DNA from: a virus
Taxonomy: Duplodnaviria; Caudoviricetes
DNA length: 60,578 nt
Reading direction: 5' to 3' (one strand)
IMG/VR virus record: IMGVR_UViG_3300006735_005646
Coordinates: 1-60,578 of that record
The position numbers were made by a program, and so were the translations under genes. Position 1 is the stretch's first letter. Each line of letters starts with the position of its first letter. The notes under the pieces are model-generated. The model was not told the DNA's origin, did no database searches, and was given only the letters and a program-made list of their open reading frames with translations. This document shows, piece by piece, positions 16,145-26,038 of this stretch.

Positions 16145-17557
16145 CTACTTTTTCGAGGATCTAACATCTGGTTTACCAGGCATGTCTTGTCTATTAGTTA
16201 CAGTTTTTTTACCACCAGGTCCAACGGCAGTAATTTCATGTCCAATTTTAGTTGCGGGATTTAGTTTTATCTTTACTGCTTCTTTGATTGCATTCTTTTT
16301 ATTTGATTTGAAACCATTTGTTCCGAAAACATTGTTATTGATTGCAGGGATACCAACTCCTGCACCTTTCATGTTGTATTTTTGTAATTCTTTTGGGCAT
16401 TGGTAGTCTTCGCCTAATCTTTCCTTCGCTTTCATAAGACCTTTTGCTCGTCTGTTTGTGCTTGGTTTGTGCTTACCTTGATCTGTGTAAAGGTCTCTTG
16501 TTATTTGAGTTCTTGCTTTAGTTGCATAACTTCGGAGAGTTTTTTTATCTAATTCGTTAAGTGAACCTTCACCCAACTTTAGTTTTATGTTTGCTTTTTT
16601 CTGTTGTAATTGGCGAACTCTGTTTAGTTTTTGGGTTGCTTGTCTCTCAGTTTTTCCACGGCTTATAACTTTATCACCCTTGCTGACATCATACTTATCG
16701 AATCCGTGTCTGTCTTGCTTACCTGTATTTTGTGCCTTATACTTTCCATACACCATACTGCTTGCTTCACCAAGTTTCTTGACTGCCCTTTGAATTCCAC
16801 TTTGTCTCTTTTTTGTTATTCGTTCTGTTTTGCGGTAATCTCGTATTGCGGTGTTCTTTGCTCTTGCCGCGAGTTGCCTGACATTTCTTCTAGTTGGATT
16901 AGGTGCAGCGGCATTCATTGTATCATCAGCATCTTTAAATCTTTGTCCGGCGCGTCCTGATTCGTACCCCGATCTTTTAATGCTACCAGCAGCCTTATTG
17001 ATATAACTTCCGAGTGTGGACTTCTTCAACTCATCTAGATTCTCACCTTCTTCTGGCTCATGGTCTTCATGCACCTCACTTACAAGAATTTTAAGACTAT
17101 CGGTGGGAACTCCCTTTTCAACACCATGTTCAAACATGACATCGTACCAAGCAATTTGTCCATTCTCATCTGGCGTTGCATGTTTAGAATGAATGCATTG
17201 TCCTTCGCCATATTGTGTGTGTTCTACATGAGTGGCACAATCATGCTTTCCTTTTTTCTTTTTCTTCTCTTCAAGTTCAACAGATTCCTTCACAATGTCT
17301 TCAGCCTCATTCTCACCGGGTTGTTTCTTATTCTTGGTATCGCCTGAGATTTCCATGTCTCTAGCAGGTATATTCTTCGTAGTACCATCTTCAAATTTAA
17401 CCCTGTAGAACTCGTCACCTTCCGTCTCACCGTCTTGAGACACTTCTTTTCCAACTACCCCTCTCTTACCATTCACGATTACAGTTTTACCCTTCATGTG
17501 GTCTTCATTGAGGTTAATGATAGATTCTAACAGGTTTTGAAATTGCTTAGTTTCCAT
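16145..17557 (-). CDS. modular internal head protein with multiple X-X-E sites
   Basis: KHDCATHVEH..WYDVMFEHG module; repeated LDELKKSTLGSY/LNELDKKTLRSY modules. Confidence 0.75.
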   Translation of the reverse strand: METKQFQNLLESIINLNEDHMKGKTVIVNGKRGVVGKEVSQDGETEGDEFYRVKFEDGTTKNIPARDMEISGDTKNKKQPGENEAEDIVKESVELEEKKKKKGKHDCATHVEHTQYGEGQCIHSKHATPDENGQIAWYDVMFEHGVEKGVPTDSLKILVSEVHEDHEPEEGENLDELKKSTLGSYINKAAGSIKRSGYESGRAGQRFKDADDTMNAAAPNPTRRNVRQLAARAKNTAIRDYRKTERITKKRQSGIQRAVKKLGEASSMVYGKYKAQNTGKQDRHGFDKYDVSKGDKVISRGKTERQATQKLNRVRQLQQKKANIKLKLGEGSLNELDKKTLRSYATKARTQITRDLYTDQGKHKPSTNRRAKGLMKAKERLGEDYQCPKELQKYNMKGAGVGIPAINNNVFGTNGFKSNKKNAIKEAVKIKLNPATKIGHEITAVGPGGKKTVTNRQDMPGKPDVRSSKK

Positions 17558-17589
17558 GAGATTCTCCTATAGTGTATGCTATATGTATA

Positions 17590-17623
17590 AAAAACAACCC
17601 CCCGTCCGAGGACAGGGGGGTTG
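17590..17623 (-). terminator. intrinsic terminator after the porin gene
   Basis: CAACCCCCC..GGGGGGTTG stem with a T-run on the minus strand. Confidence 0.8.
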
Positions 17624-17651
17624 CGTGAAGTGCCGGGATAAGTCCCGTATA

Positions 17652-18830
17652 TCAGAAACTAACGCTAAGTTGTGTTCTGAGTAGATACTGACCATTGGAG
17701 TCGCCTGCATTCCAACCGGAACGATAGAGATTCCATTCAGTACCAATAGCATCGAATGCATAACCAAGAGTAGTAGTCCAACGGACGTACTTATTGATGT
17801 CAACATTCGCACCAACCTCAAGGACGTTTAGATCAGAATCGGAAACACCAAGTTTACCGTACTGATAATTAACGAAACCTGTGAGGTTATCGGTGCATTG
17901 GTATGCAACTTCGGCGTTGAAACCGTAGTTCTTACCATATCCACCTACTGCATAATCAGCAGAAACCCATGAGACTTGTGCATTTAGAGGACCGTTGCTA
18001 TAACCAAAGTCAACGGTATAAGTGCCATAATCTTCGAGTTCTGACTGGTATGCGTATGCGGCTCCCAACTGGAAACCACCACCAAAGTCAACGTCACCAC
18101 GGACGCTGATACCATAATCATTATCTACAATGAATACATTCTCTGTACCGAATCCATCATTGTATGAAACAGAGAGGTCCAACCAGTCAAAGTCCTTGCT
18201 GAACTGGACACCCTGTGATCTTCCTTGACCAAACGTAGTAGCGAGAATGGTGTATTCACCTTCAACATTATCCAATGGTGAATCGGTGAAGTCCTTATAG
18301 AACGCAGTGACAAACTGTCCTGCTTGGAAGTCAACACCCCAACCCAAGTCCATTGTGGTATAGGCGTCAACGAGTTCCATAGTGCCATTTGTATAGTCAC
18401 TAAACTCACCACTTACATAATAACCAATCTTTCCTAGAATCTCACCCGAAACTTCGAGACGAGCATAGGGAATACTGAACTGATTATTTTCAGCGACACC
18501 ACCATCGTTGTTATAACTCCAACGAGTAATGGCAAAACCACCCACGTTAACAGTGACGGGTTGTGCATCCGCCATCATCATTGTGCGTGCATCAGCATCA
18601 GCCATGACATCTTGTACCATAGCCTTTACTTCTTCGCTTCGACGAGTTTCCAACCAACTTGGTTCTTGGTTCGCATCCAATGTTGCGATCTTTGCTTCTG
18701 CTGCATCGAGACGAGCCTGTAGATCCTCATATGAAGGACCGTCAGCAAGTGCAGGTGCAGCGAATGATGCTACAACAATTGCAGCAGCAAGACCACCGTA
18801 CATCATCCACTTTTTCTTTGAAATATTCAT
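17652..18830 (-). CDS. outer-membrane beta-barrel porin (OprO/P-like, Phycisphaerae-type)
   Basis: Signal peptide (ALA), coiled-coil WLETRRSEEVKAMVQDVMADADAR, amphipathic strands, C-terminal QLSVSF with terminal Phe. Confidence 0.8.
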   Translation of the reverse strand: MNISKKKWMMYGGLAAAIVVASFAAPALADGPSYEDLQARLDAAEAKIATLDANQEPSWLETRRSEEVKAMVQDVMADADARTMMMADAQPVTVNVGGFAITRWSYNNDGGVAENNQFSIPYARLEVSGEILGKIGYYVSGEFSDYTNGTMELVDAYTTMDLGWGVDFQAGQFVTAFYKDFTDSPLDNVEGEYTILATTFGQGRSQGVQFSKDFDWLDLSVSYNDGFGTENVFIVDNDYGISVRGDVDFGGGFQLGAAYAYQSELEDYGTYTVDFGYSNGPLNAQVSWVSADYAVGGYGKNYGFNAEVAYQCTDNLTGFVNYQYGKLGVSDSDLNVLEVGANVDINKYVRWTTTLGYAFDAIGTEWNLYRSGWNAGDSNGQYLLRTQLSVSF

Positions 18831-18860
18831 AGGATTACCTCCTTGAATCGAATGAACGAC

Positions 18861-19055
18861 TCAGGTTCCTACTGCGTTTGTTGCAGCGTGCCAAAGAGAC
18901 TGGACTGCATCTGCAACCCAAACAACACCACCCCATGAATATGGAAGAAGTGCAAGAGTGATTAGCATACTACGGCAGATGCCAACCTTACCAAGAGTTT
19001 TTGTAACAACGTCGTTTTCGCATCCCACGACAGGACACTTACTTGTATTAGCCAT
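18861..19055 (-). CDS. 64-aa Cys-containing membrane peptide co-transcribed with the porin
   Basis: AAGGAG SD; hydrophobic segment. Confidence 0.65.
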   Translation of the reverse strand: MANTSKCPVVGCENDVVTKTLGKVGICRSMLITLALLPYSWGGVVWVADAVQSLWHAATNAVGT

Positions 19056-19197
19056 ATTATTTCTCCTTATAAGAAAATGAAACCCCGGCTAAAGGGTTGG
19101 TGCTGAATGCACCATGAGTCAACTCCGACTCAGTAATGTGTCACTTATATAGTGACTTAGTATTCTCAACAAACCTTGAAGAGATAATTAACCTCCC

Positions 19198-19225
19198 ATT
19201 ATAGTTCTATAACGGGACATGTCAA
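19198..19225 (-). promoter_or_regulatory. consensus sigma70 promoter TTGACA-N16-TATAAT with overlapping palindrome
   Basis: Both hexamers are perfect consensus. Confidence 0.8.
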
Positions 19226-19242
19226 ACTAAAATTAATATTTT

Positions 19243-21171
19243 TTATTTCGTTAAATCGACGATTTCACATGAACCACCGCTACAAGCGAGGGTTTGAGAA
19301 CCAGATGTGTTATCTTCTTTCTCATAATCTGATAATTTTTCCCAATCCACACCTGTTGGCATCTTTTTAAGAAGTTCCTCATAGTCCTTCTTTGTGCAGT
19401 CTTGGTATGGTGCTTGTCTATAATTATGATCCGAATGTGGTAGGAATGAAACGCCACTCACTTCATCGAAGTGCTTGTAAACCCATGCACCTACTTCCAT
19501 CCACTCATGTTCCTTCACAGTTACAGTAACACTTGGTTTATGTTCACACCAATGTCTTTGGTATAGAAGCCAATGTTCAAGTTGTTCGATTGCTGTCATT
19601 TCTGTTCTCACAACACAACCATCTGGTGCCTTTACTGGGAAAGAAAATACCATAGTATGTTCTGGTTTCATTACATCTGGTTCCGCAGGGAATCCCTTAT
19701 CGATCATAAATTTACACAATGGATCTTTAACATCTGCACGAACTGTACGAATGTAATATTCAGAGTGTCGAGCATGAATACCTGAAGAAGCATCAACCAA
19801 TTGTGAGACAGTACCACTCGGTTTTACACAGGTGATCGCGGCCGATTGGTTGATATTAAACTTCTTCGCAAGTTGCTTGTTCGTTTCCACCGCAGTTTCA
19901 CGAAGAGTCTTCAGTGTCTTCTCAAGAACTTCTGTTCCTTTTCTACCATTCATGAGATCATTGTCCATAATACCAGTAAGCGAAACACCAAGAAGTCTTT
20001 CTTCTTCGCAGTTGTTCTTCCACTCACTTGAAAGATAACGGAAGTTTGTAAGAGTAGATTGCCATGTTCCAAGAATAGTGGCAAGTCGAACCTTCTCCTT
20101 CAGAGTTTCAACCGTGTCTTCTTTACGAACCACCACTTCGGTAAGATTACAGAACTCTCTATCACGAAGAAGAATCTCGGAACAAGGATTGCAACCAAAA
20201 TCATAATTAGGATCACGGCGATCTGAAAGTTTCTCTACGGTCTTCTTAGCAGCATCACGATTGAAAATACCACGTTCACCACTCTTGGACTTATAGAGTG
20301 AAACCCACTCGTCCATAAACGTACCAATCTCTGGTTTTTCTTTGTATGCTACTGAGTTGTTCGACAATGCTCGCTGTGGGTTTTCATGCCACCACTGACC
20401 AGTTTTCGCTTCCCGCATTCGTTCATCCGTAAGAGACGATAACGAAATAAGGGCACTTCTTCGTACTCCCCCGACAACGACAACTTCCGCAATCTTACAG
20501 ATGATATCATGGCATTCGATAGAGGTGAGTTTTCGTCCAGAAGCCTTCTTATAGGTATCCACCGTGAATTTGAACAGATCATCCAGTGGTTCTGGTCCCG
20601 AACTTCTACCACCGAAAGTTTTAAGTCGTTCCCCCGCAGGACGGACTTTCGATACATCCCATTGAGGAATTTGACCACTAATGAGTAACGATGTAAGTTC
20701 CTTGTAGGCTTTCGCCCAACCCAACTTGCTATCCTGTACCACAATTGTTGTATCACTGTCTTCAAACTCCTCTGCAATCGTAGCCAACTTTCCTAAGAAA
20801 TCTCTTTCGACACTGAAACCAACACCAGTACCACACATGAGAATGTAAAGAATTTCATCAAAGGAACGGACTCTTCCTGCACTCACATACGCACAGTTGT
20901 ATCCTGCAACATGATCACGCTTCAGTGCTTCTCCTGCGGTCATCAATGCTCTCATCGAAGGCATGACATTTAAATCAATGATTGCACTTTGCAATTCTTC
21001 TCTTTCTTTCTTAGATACTTTGTAGTTCTGACTCTCTTCTAGGTGTTCTACAAAAAAATCGAAGTAGCGAGAAACAGTTTCTTCCCATGTTTCTCTTCTA
21101 CCCTTCTCGTCTATCCAACGAGAATATCGGCTCAAATGTATAAAATCTTGAAAGGGTGTTGGTAATGACAT
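19243..21171 (-). CDS. nrdJ: class II (B12-dependent) ribonucleotide reductase
   Basis: MPSMRAL, GCNPCSEI, KPSGTVSQL and C-terminal CSGGSC; no beta subunit nearby. Confidence 0.9.
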   Translation of the reverse strand: MSLPTPFQDFIHLSRYSRWIDEKGRRETWEETVSRYFDFFVEHLEESQNYKVSKKEREELQSAIIDLNVMPSMRALMTAGEALKRDHVAGYNCAYVSAGRVRSFDEILYILMCGTGVGFSVERDFLGKLATIAEEFEDSDTTIVVQDSKLGWAKAYKELTSLLISGQIPQWDVSKVRPAGERLKTFGGRSSGPEPLDDLFKFTVDTYKKASGRKLTSIECHDIICKIAEVVVVGGVRRSALISLSSLTDERMREAKTGQWWHENPQRALSNNSVAYKEKPEIGTFMDEWVSLYKSKSGERGIFNRDAAKKTVEKLSDRRDPNYDFGCNPCSEILLRDREFCNLTEVVVRKEDTVETLKEKVRLATILGTWQSTLTNFRYLSSEWKNNCEEERLLGVSLTGIMDNDLMNGRKGTEVLEKTLKTLRETAVETNKQLAKKFNINQSAAITCVKPSGTVSQLVDASSGIHARHSEYYIRTVRADVKDPLCKFMIDKGFPAEPDVMKPEHTMVFSFPVKAPDGCVVRTEMTAIEQLEHWLLYQRHWCEHKPSVTVTVKEHEWMEVGAWVYKHFDEVSGVSFLPHSDHNYRQAPYQDCTKKDYEELLKKMPTGVDWEKLSDYEKEDNTSGSQTLACSGGSCEIVDLTK

Positions 21172-21203
21172 AATTCACTTCTCCATGATACGGTGTATGA
21201 ATT

Positions 21204-21211
21204 TATTTATA
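21204..21211 (-). promoter_or_regulatory. T4-type late promoter TATAAATA upstream of nrdJ
   Basis: Exact consensus on the minus strand. Confidence 0.55.
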
Positions 21212-21973
21212 TTAGTTTGTAAGTTCGGACCAGGAAACTGGGAATAAAGGTTTTATAATTTTTCCAACTGCTTCTGCATACTGTTGAATTTCCCATTGAG
21301 CGTGTTCGTCAATTCGTTGCTTATAGAATCTTGCGTATGCGGCAAGAGAACCAGTCCAGTACCATTCAGTGTACATTGCTTGAGGTAAAGCAAATCGTGC
21401 TTGCTCTGGTGCAACATTCGATGAAAGCAACTCTTCATATGTACGCAATGCACTTTGCATTGTTGCTTTGTATGATTCATATAAGGGATGGGTAGCAAAT
21501 CCTCCAGATGTTTCACCACCACCATCTCTACATTCTAATAGTCCACCACTACCCTGTTTCATAGATTTGTCTGGTCTTGAACGCCACTGTGGAAAATAGA
21601 ACTCGGGTGCTTCATCAACATATCTGCGACTGACTTCGTTTTCTACGAATCCTTGCTTGTGCTTAAAGAACTGAGTCCGAATTGAAATCGGTGCTTTGAT
21701 TCTGAGAGTAATCTGTGGGTGAGCGAATGGTGTCCAGTGATTGTGTTTCGCAAGATATCGAATGAGTTTCACATCACGATCTGGTAGTTTACGAACATCA
21801 GAAGGACGAAACCTAGAGTTGCTTTTCTTCAGTCTAGTTTCTACTTCCTTGTCAACTTCCCATTCACTTTCATTGTTAAATGAAACACGGGCAGAGTTAC
21901 ACACAGTCAAATCACTTCCCATGCTGTCAACAAGATGCACATGACCATTATCTAATACATTCTCTTTGTTCAT
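21212..21973 (-). CDS. thyX: flavin-dependent thymidylate synthase
   Basis: NSARVSF, HWTPF, NEVSRRY, APEQARFALP and HAQWEI motifs. Confidence 0.95.
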   Translation of the reverse strand: MNKENVLDNGHVHLVDSMGSDLTVCNSARVSFNNESEWEVDKEVETRLKKSNSRFRPSDVRKLPDRDVKLIRYLAKHNHWTPFAHPQITLRIKAPISIRTQFFKHKQGFVENEVSRRYVDEAPEFYFPQWRSRPDKSMKQGSGGLLECRDGGGETSGGFATHPLYESYKATMQSALRTYEELLSSNVAPEQARFALPQAMYTEWYWTGSLAAYARFYKQRIDEHAQWEIQQYAEAVGKIIKPLFPVSWSELTN

Positions 21974-22025
21974 TTCTTTTTTCTCCTCTTCCACCATAGC
22001 AACAATCTACCAAAGAAATCAATCC

Positions 22026-23081
22026 TCATACTTTTCTCCATTCTCTAAACCGTAGTCTCGCTTCAAGTCCTCTGTATGTGTTATCATCAATCAATTTTTG
22101 AATTTTACGAGTTGACATTCTATACACCATATCATTGATATCTTTCTCTGAAATATTATCTGGCCAAATACAAACGTCTCTGTCTAACTCAATCAATTTT
22201 TCAATGTATGCACAAATCTGTCGGTTGCGTGGCTCGTTATCGAGAATGTAAGTCATCTCCGAATTTTCAAATCGTAGTGGAACTTCTTTTAACGCACCTG
22301 CACCAACCATTGCTGTTGAATTTTCCAAGAATAAACTATCAATCGGACCTTCTACCACATACACACGTTTCTTTGGATCTACTCTCCAAAGTCCATACCA
22401 CAATCGGTCAATACTTTTATCACCTTTAATTGTAATATACTTAACTGTCTCTCTTGCCCTAACCTCATCTGCCATATTCAACGCTCTACCCTGACAAGCA
22501 ACAACATTTCCATGACTATTAAAGAAAGGAATTACCAACCTTTCCTCTTTGCCATAAAGTGTGTTATCTTCATCTAGGTTACCTGCAAATGTAGTGAAAT
22601 CATCTGTATAATACAACAACTTGAAATGTTGTTTTGGAATCATTCTCATGTTTGCAAACTTAACTGCTACATGTTCTTCAGGTAATTCAGTAAGACAAAC
22701 CAAGTCATCAAGTAGTTTATCTTTCTTTTTAAATTTTGGTTTTGAGTTTTTGAATCTGAACAAATCTTCTTCCTTGGGTTTCTTATAATTTGACTTTCCG
22801 TTCTCTCCGTTTCGATATCTCTCTAGAGAATATTCTTTACACAACGAAGGTGCAACATCCTTTAAGAAATTATATAGGTTGTGTCCCACACTACAGTTGT
22901 GACATTTATAGAAAAAATCATTTCCTTTTTGATAAAAGAATCCTCTTGCTTTGTTCTTGTTCTTTGATGAGTCTCCACAAATAGGACATCTACAGTTTGC
23001 TAGGTTTTCCTTCTTCCACTTAAAGTTTTGAAGTTGTGCAGAAACCATGTTTATGAATTTTTTATCAATATAAGTACTCAT
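22026..23081 (-). CDS. gp61: DNA primase (T4 gp61-like)
   Basis: CPICGDS..KCHNC zinc finger; VVEGPIDSLF; DNEPRN. Confidence 0.95.
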   Translation of the reverse strand: MSTYIDKKFINMVSAQLQNFKWKKENLANCRCPICGDSSKNKNKARGFFYQKGNDFFYKCHNCSVGHNLYNFLKDVAPSLCKEYSLERYRNGENGKSNYKKPKEEDLFRFKNSKPKFKKKDKLLDDLVCLTELPEEHVAVKFANMRMIPKQHFKLLYYTDDFTTFAGNLDEDNTLYGKEERLVIPFFNSHGNVVACQGRALNMADEVRARETVKYITIKGDKSIDRLWYGLWRVDPKKRVYVVEGPIDSLFLENSTAMVGAGALKEVPLRFENSEMTYILDNEPRNRQICAYIEKLIELDRDVCIWPDNISEKDINDMVYRMSTRKIQKLIDDNTYRGLEARLRFREWRKV

Positions 23082-24496
23082 CAAATATTCCAACTGGTGA
23101 ACTTCTCTTTTGTCACCTTAAACTTATCCTCGAAATTATCACCGTCGAAACCAGAACCCAATGTACTAGTTTCGGTTTGATTCGATTCAACCAACCCAAC
23201 CTGTTCGTCTCTCTTTACATCAGACAATTTCATCTTTGCACGATTGATTCCCAGAATGAATTTGCGGTTTGCTACTGTGTCATTATAACGGTTCTTGAGT
23301 TGCTTTACAAGAACTTGATTCTGCTCATCCAATTCTTCTGTAGAAATCAACGCAACCATAAAGTCAGCGGTTGCAGGAAGTCCAAAGGACTCTGATGTAT
23401 CTTCTAGTCCGACATCAGTGCTGGAGTAACCTGTTCTGTTTGTCTGTGTCGCAGACCAGATAGGAACATTATACTGTACCGCCAAACCACGGAGTTCTTC
23501 TGCAATAGACTTGATATATGAATAGGAATTGACATTGCTTCCTTGCTTAATTCGTGAGGACGCACAGATGTTTAAGTAATCAATAAAGATAATATCAGGC
23601 TTAAACTTCTTCTTGATGTTCAATTCGTCGAGAAGAATACGAAAGTGATTTGAATTTGCAGTAGCAGTTGGATACTCTTTGATAATAAGTTTACCAGTAA
23701 TACCTGCTGTAGTTGTATTCAGTTTACTATCATACATTTGTTTTGGCAAATCCTTCAGGTTATCCATAGTAATATCCATAAGGTTTGCGTCAATACGTTC
23801 TGCAATTCGTTCTTCTGCCATCTCACATGTGATATAAAGAACATTGAGATTTTGAGAAAGACAGTTTGCTGCATGGTGACACATAAACAATGACTTACCA
23901 ACACCAGTTCCCGCCATCACAATATTCAATGTCTTCTGTGGTGTTCCACCGTTCGTGATTGTGTTAAAGAAGTCCAGATCAAATGGGACTCTCTTCTCTA
24001 CCTTGTGGTAGAAATCATATCGTTCATCTGAGTCTTCGATGTAGTCGTGTCCAATGTTGGTATCAAAGGAAACTGCGAGAGCATCCGAGAGTATTTCTGG
24101 AATTGCATTCTCTGTCTTTGTTGATGACTTCCCATCAATGATGTGAATCGATTCCATGATGGCATTATAAACTGCCTTGTCTTTGCAGAATTCTTCTGTT
24201 TCTGTTATTAACCAATCGAAGTCTGGTAAATTATCTTTCTTCTCCAGACTTTCCATCAGTTCTACGATTCCTTTATATTCGTCCTCGCTGATAGATTTAT
24301 TTTTATCCACATCGATGACAACTGCCTCCTTTGTGGGGAGGTTGTTGTACTTGAGTATAAAGTTACTTATCGTCTCGTAGAGAATCTTCTCTGTTCTATC
24401 GTGAAAATATTCATCTTTTAGAAAGGGAACCACTCTCCGAGAGTATTCATCATTATACAATAAGTTTTCCAAAATTACATGTTCAACTGTCTTCAT
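23081..24496 (-). CDS. gp41: replicative DNA helicase (T4 gp41-like)
   Basis: AGTGVGKS, EMAEERIAERIDAN, IDYLNIC and SESFGLPATAD motifs. Confidence 0.95.
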   Translation of the reverse strand: MKTVEHVILENLLYNDEYSRRVVPFLKDEYFHDRTEKILYETISNFILKYNNLPTKEAVVIDVDKNKSISEDEYKGIVELMESLEKKDNLPDFDWLITETEEFCKDKAVYNAIMESIHIIDGKSSTKTENAIPEILSDALAVSFDTNIGHDYIEDSDERYDFYHKVEKRVPFDLDFFNTITNGGTPQKTLNIVMAGTGVGKSLFMCHHAANCLSQNLNVLYITCEMAEERIAERIDANLMDITMDNLKDLPKQMYDSKLNTTTAGITGKLIIKEYPTATANSNHFRILLDELNIKKKFKPDIIFIDYLNICASSRIKQGSNVNSYSYIKSIAEELRGLAVQYNVPIWSATQTNRTGYSSTDVGLEDTSESFGLPATADFMVALISTEELDEQNQVLVKQLKNRYNDTVANRKFILGINRAKMKLSDVKRDEQVGLVESNQTETSTLGSGFDGDNFEDKFKVTKEKFTSWNI

Positions 24497-24797
24497 AGTT
24501 TGGAGTGATCCCGGATCTGAGAAAATCTTCGTCAAGTTCATCTATCTCTTCTGCAAGAATATCAATTAGAATTTCTCCCAAATGATTTACGAAAATTTTA
24601 TCTTCAATCAAACCATCTGGTTTTTCTAGAACATTATATTCAAACTTACAATTAATAGAATCATCCAATTCGTTGAAAGATACTGAACCATATGTGAATA
24701 CAGTTCCTTTGTATGCTCCCTCTGTAATCTTAACTGGAATATTCTGATCTATACCAACAGAATAATTGTCATCATATTCATATATCTTGCTCATCAT
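24483..24797 (-). CDS. gp40-like small protein (head vertex assembly chaperone position)
   Basis: Synteny between uvsX and gp41, size, G.Y.GTVF.YG.V motif. Confidence 0.55.
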   Translation of the reverse strand: MMSKIYEYDDNYSVGIDQNIPVKITEGAYKGTVFTYGSVSFNELDDSINCKFEYNVLEKPDGLIEDKIFVNHLGEILIDILAEEIDELDEDFLRSGITPNYEDS

Positions 24798-25836
24798 TTT
24801 TCTCCTCTACGGTTTCTTCTGCTTCAATTGTACCATACTTGAATTCCTTTGCAACCGCCTCTTCAAGTCTTTCCATAACTTCAGGAGTGAAATACTTTTC
24901 GGGATCGTTGTTGATTGACTTTTCAAAGGCAGTCTTACCATCAGGCAGTTCAATGCGAGTTGAAACCTTCTTGAAGATATCATACTTCACTGCAATCGGA
25001 ACAAGACCATAATATGGATTCAGTCCGGTGTCATAGTTCAACTGAACTTCAACAATCTTGTTCTCTTTCGTCAACCTACCCTTGAACAACTTACACTTGA
25101 TAATATTACCGATGATATCTGTTCCATCCTTATCCTTCTTCTTTGAAAGATAGACAATTGTAGATGCGGCGTACTTCAAACCAGAACCACCACCCATCTC
25201 CTTCATTGGAACATAAGCACCGACAACATCGTAGGTGTGGTTTGTCATGATAAGAGGAATACCTGCTTTACCCAACTTGAGAGTAAGTACACGGAATGTC
25301 GCCTTGATCACTTGGGCGCGTGTCATGTCACGGGTTGACTTACCTTCTGCGGTATCGTTCATTTCTTTCTCTGTGGAAAGCATACCAAGTGAATCAAGAA
25401 CAACAAAGACAGGTTTGGTGTCTTTTGTCTCGATGTACTTGTCAACGATACTGATTGCTTGGTGTCGGAAAGTCTCGACTGTAGCAACAGGGAAGATTGC
25501 AACTCTTGTTGGATCCATACCTCTCTCACGAATCATATCCGAAGTAATCGCTTGTTCGGTGTCAAAATACAGAACCACTCCTTCTGGGTTATCATCGAGG
25601 AACTTCTTACACATACCCAATGCAAAGTATGTCTTACCAGTCGCAGATTCACCCGCAAGTGCCATGATCTTATTGTTTGGAATACCACCATACAATGAAC
25701 CTGACAACAATGCGTTGAACACATGACTTCCTGTGTTTATGAATCCAGTAACATCGCTACCTTCAATACCATCCGAGGCAATACCTGCAAACTCGTTTCC
25801 AGATTCTTTGATTAAACTCTTTAGTAGATCACTCAT
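24778..25836 (-). CDS. uvsX: RecA-like recombinase
   Basis: [20 protein letters not shown] and MGGGSG motifs. Confidence 0.95.
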   Translation of the reverse strand: MSDLLKSLIKESGNEFAGIASDGIEGSDVTGFINTGSHVFNALLSGSLYGGIPNNKIMALAGESATGKTYFALGMCKKFLDDNPEGVVLYFDTEQAITSDMIRERGMDPTRVAIFPVATVETFRHQAISIVDKYIETKDTKPVFVVLDSLGMLSTEKEMNDTAEGKSTRDMTRAQVIKATFRVLTLKLGKAGIPLIMTNHTYDVVGAYVPMKEMGGGSGLKYAASTIVYLSKKKDKDGTDIIGNIIKCKLFKGRLTKENKIVEVQLNYDTGLNPYYGLVPIAVKYDIFKKVSTRIELPDGKTAFEKSINNDPEKYFTPEVMERLEEAVAKEFKYGTIEAEETVEEKNDEQDI

Positions 25837-26027
25837 ATTTGTTTCTCCATTTCTCTTATAGCATACTCTAATTTTTCACAAAAGTCTAGTTGATTTTCAT
25901 AAGTTTCCCTTGAACAATGAACATCTCGTTGACACTTTGTTAACCTCTGCCTAGATTTATCCAATTGTGTTTCTAATACACCCTTAATAAACAATACTGT
26001 TTTATATTCTATATGTCCAATATTCAT
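25833..26027 (-). CDS. hypothetical protein
   Basis: ORF with AGGAG SD, coupled to uvsX. Confidence 0.6.
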   Translation of the reverse strand: MNIGHIEYKTVLFIKGVLETQLDKSRQRLTKCQRDVHCSRETYENQLDFCEKLEYAIREMEKQI

Positions 26028-26038
26028 TTTAAATACTC

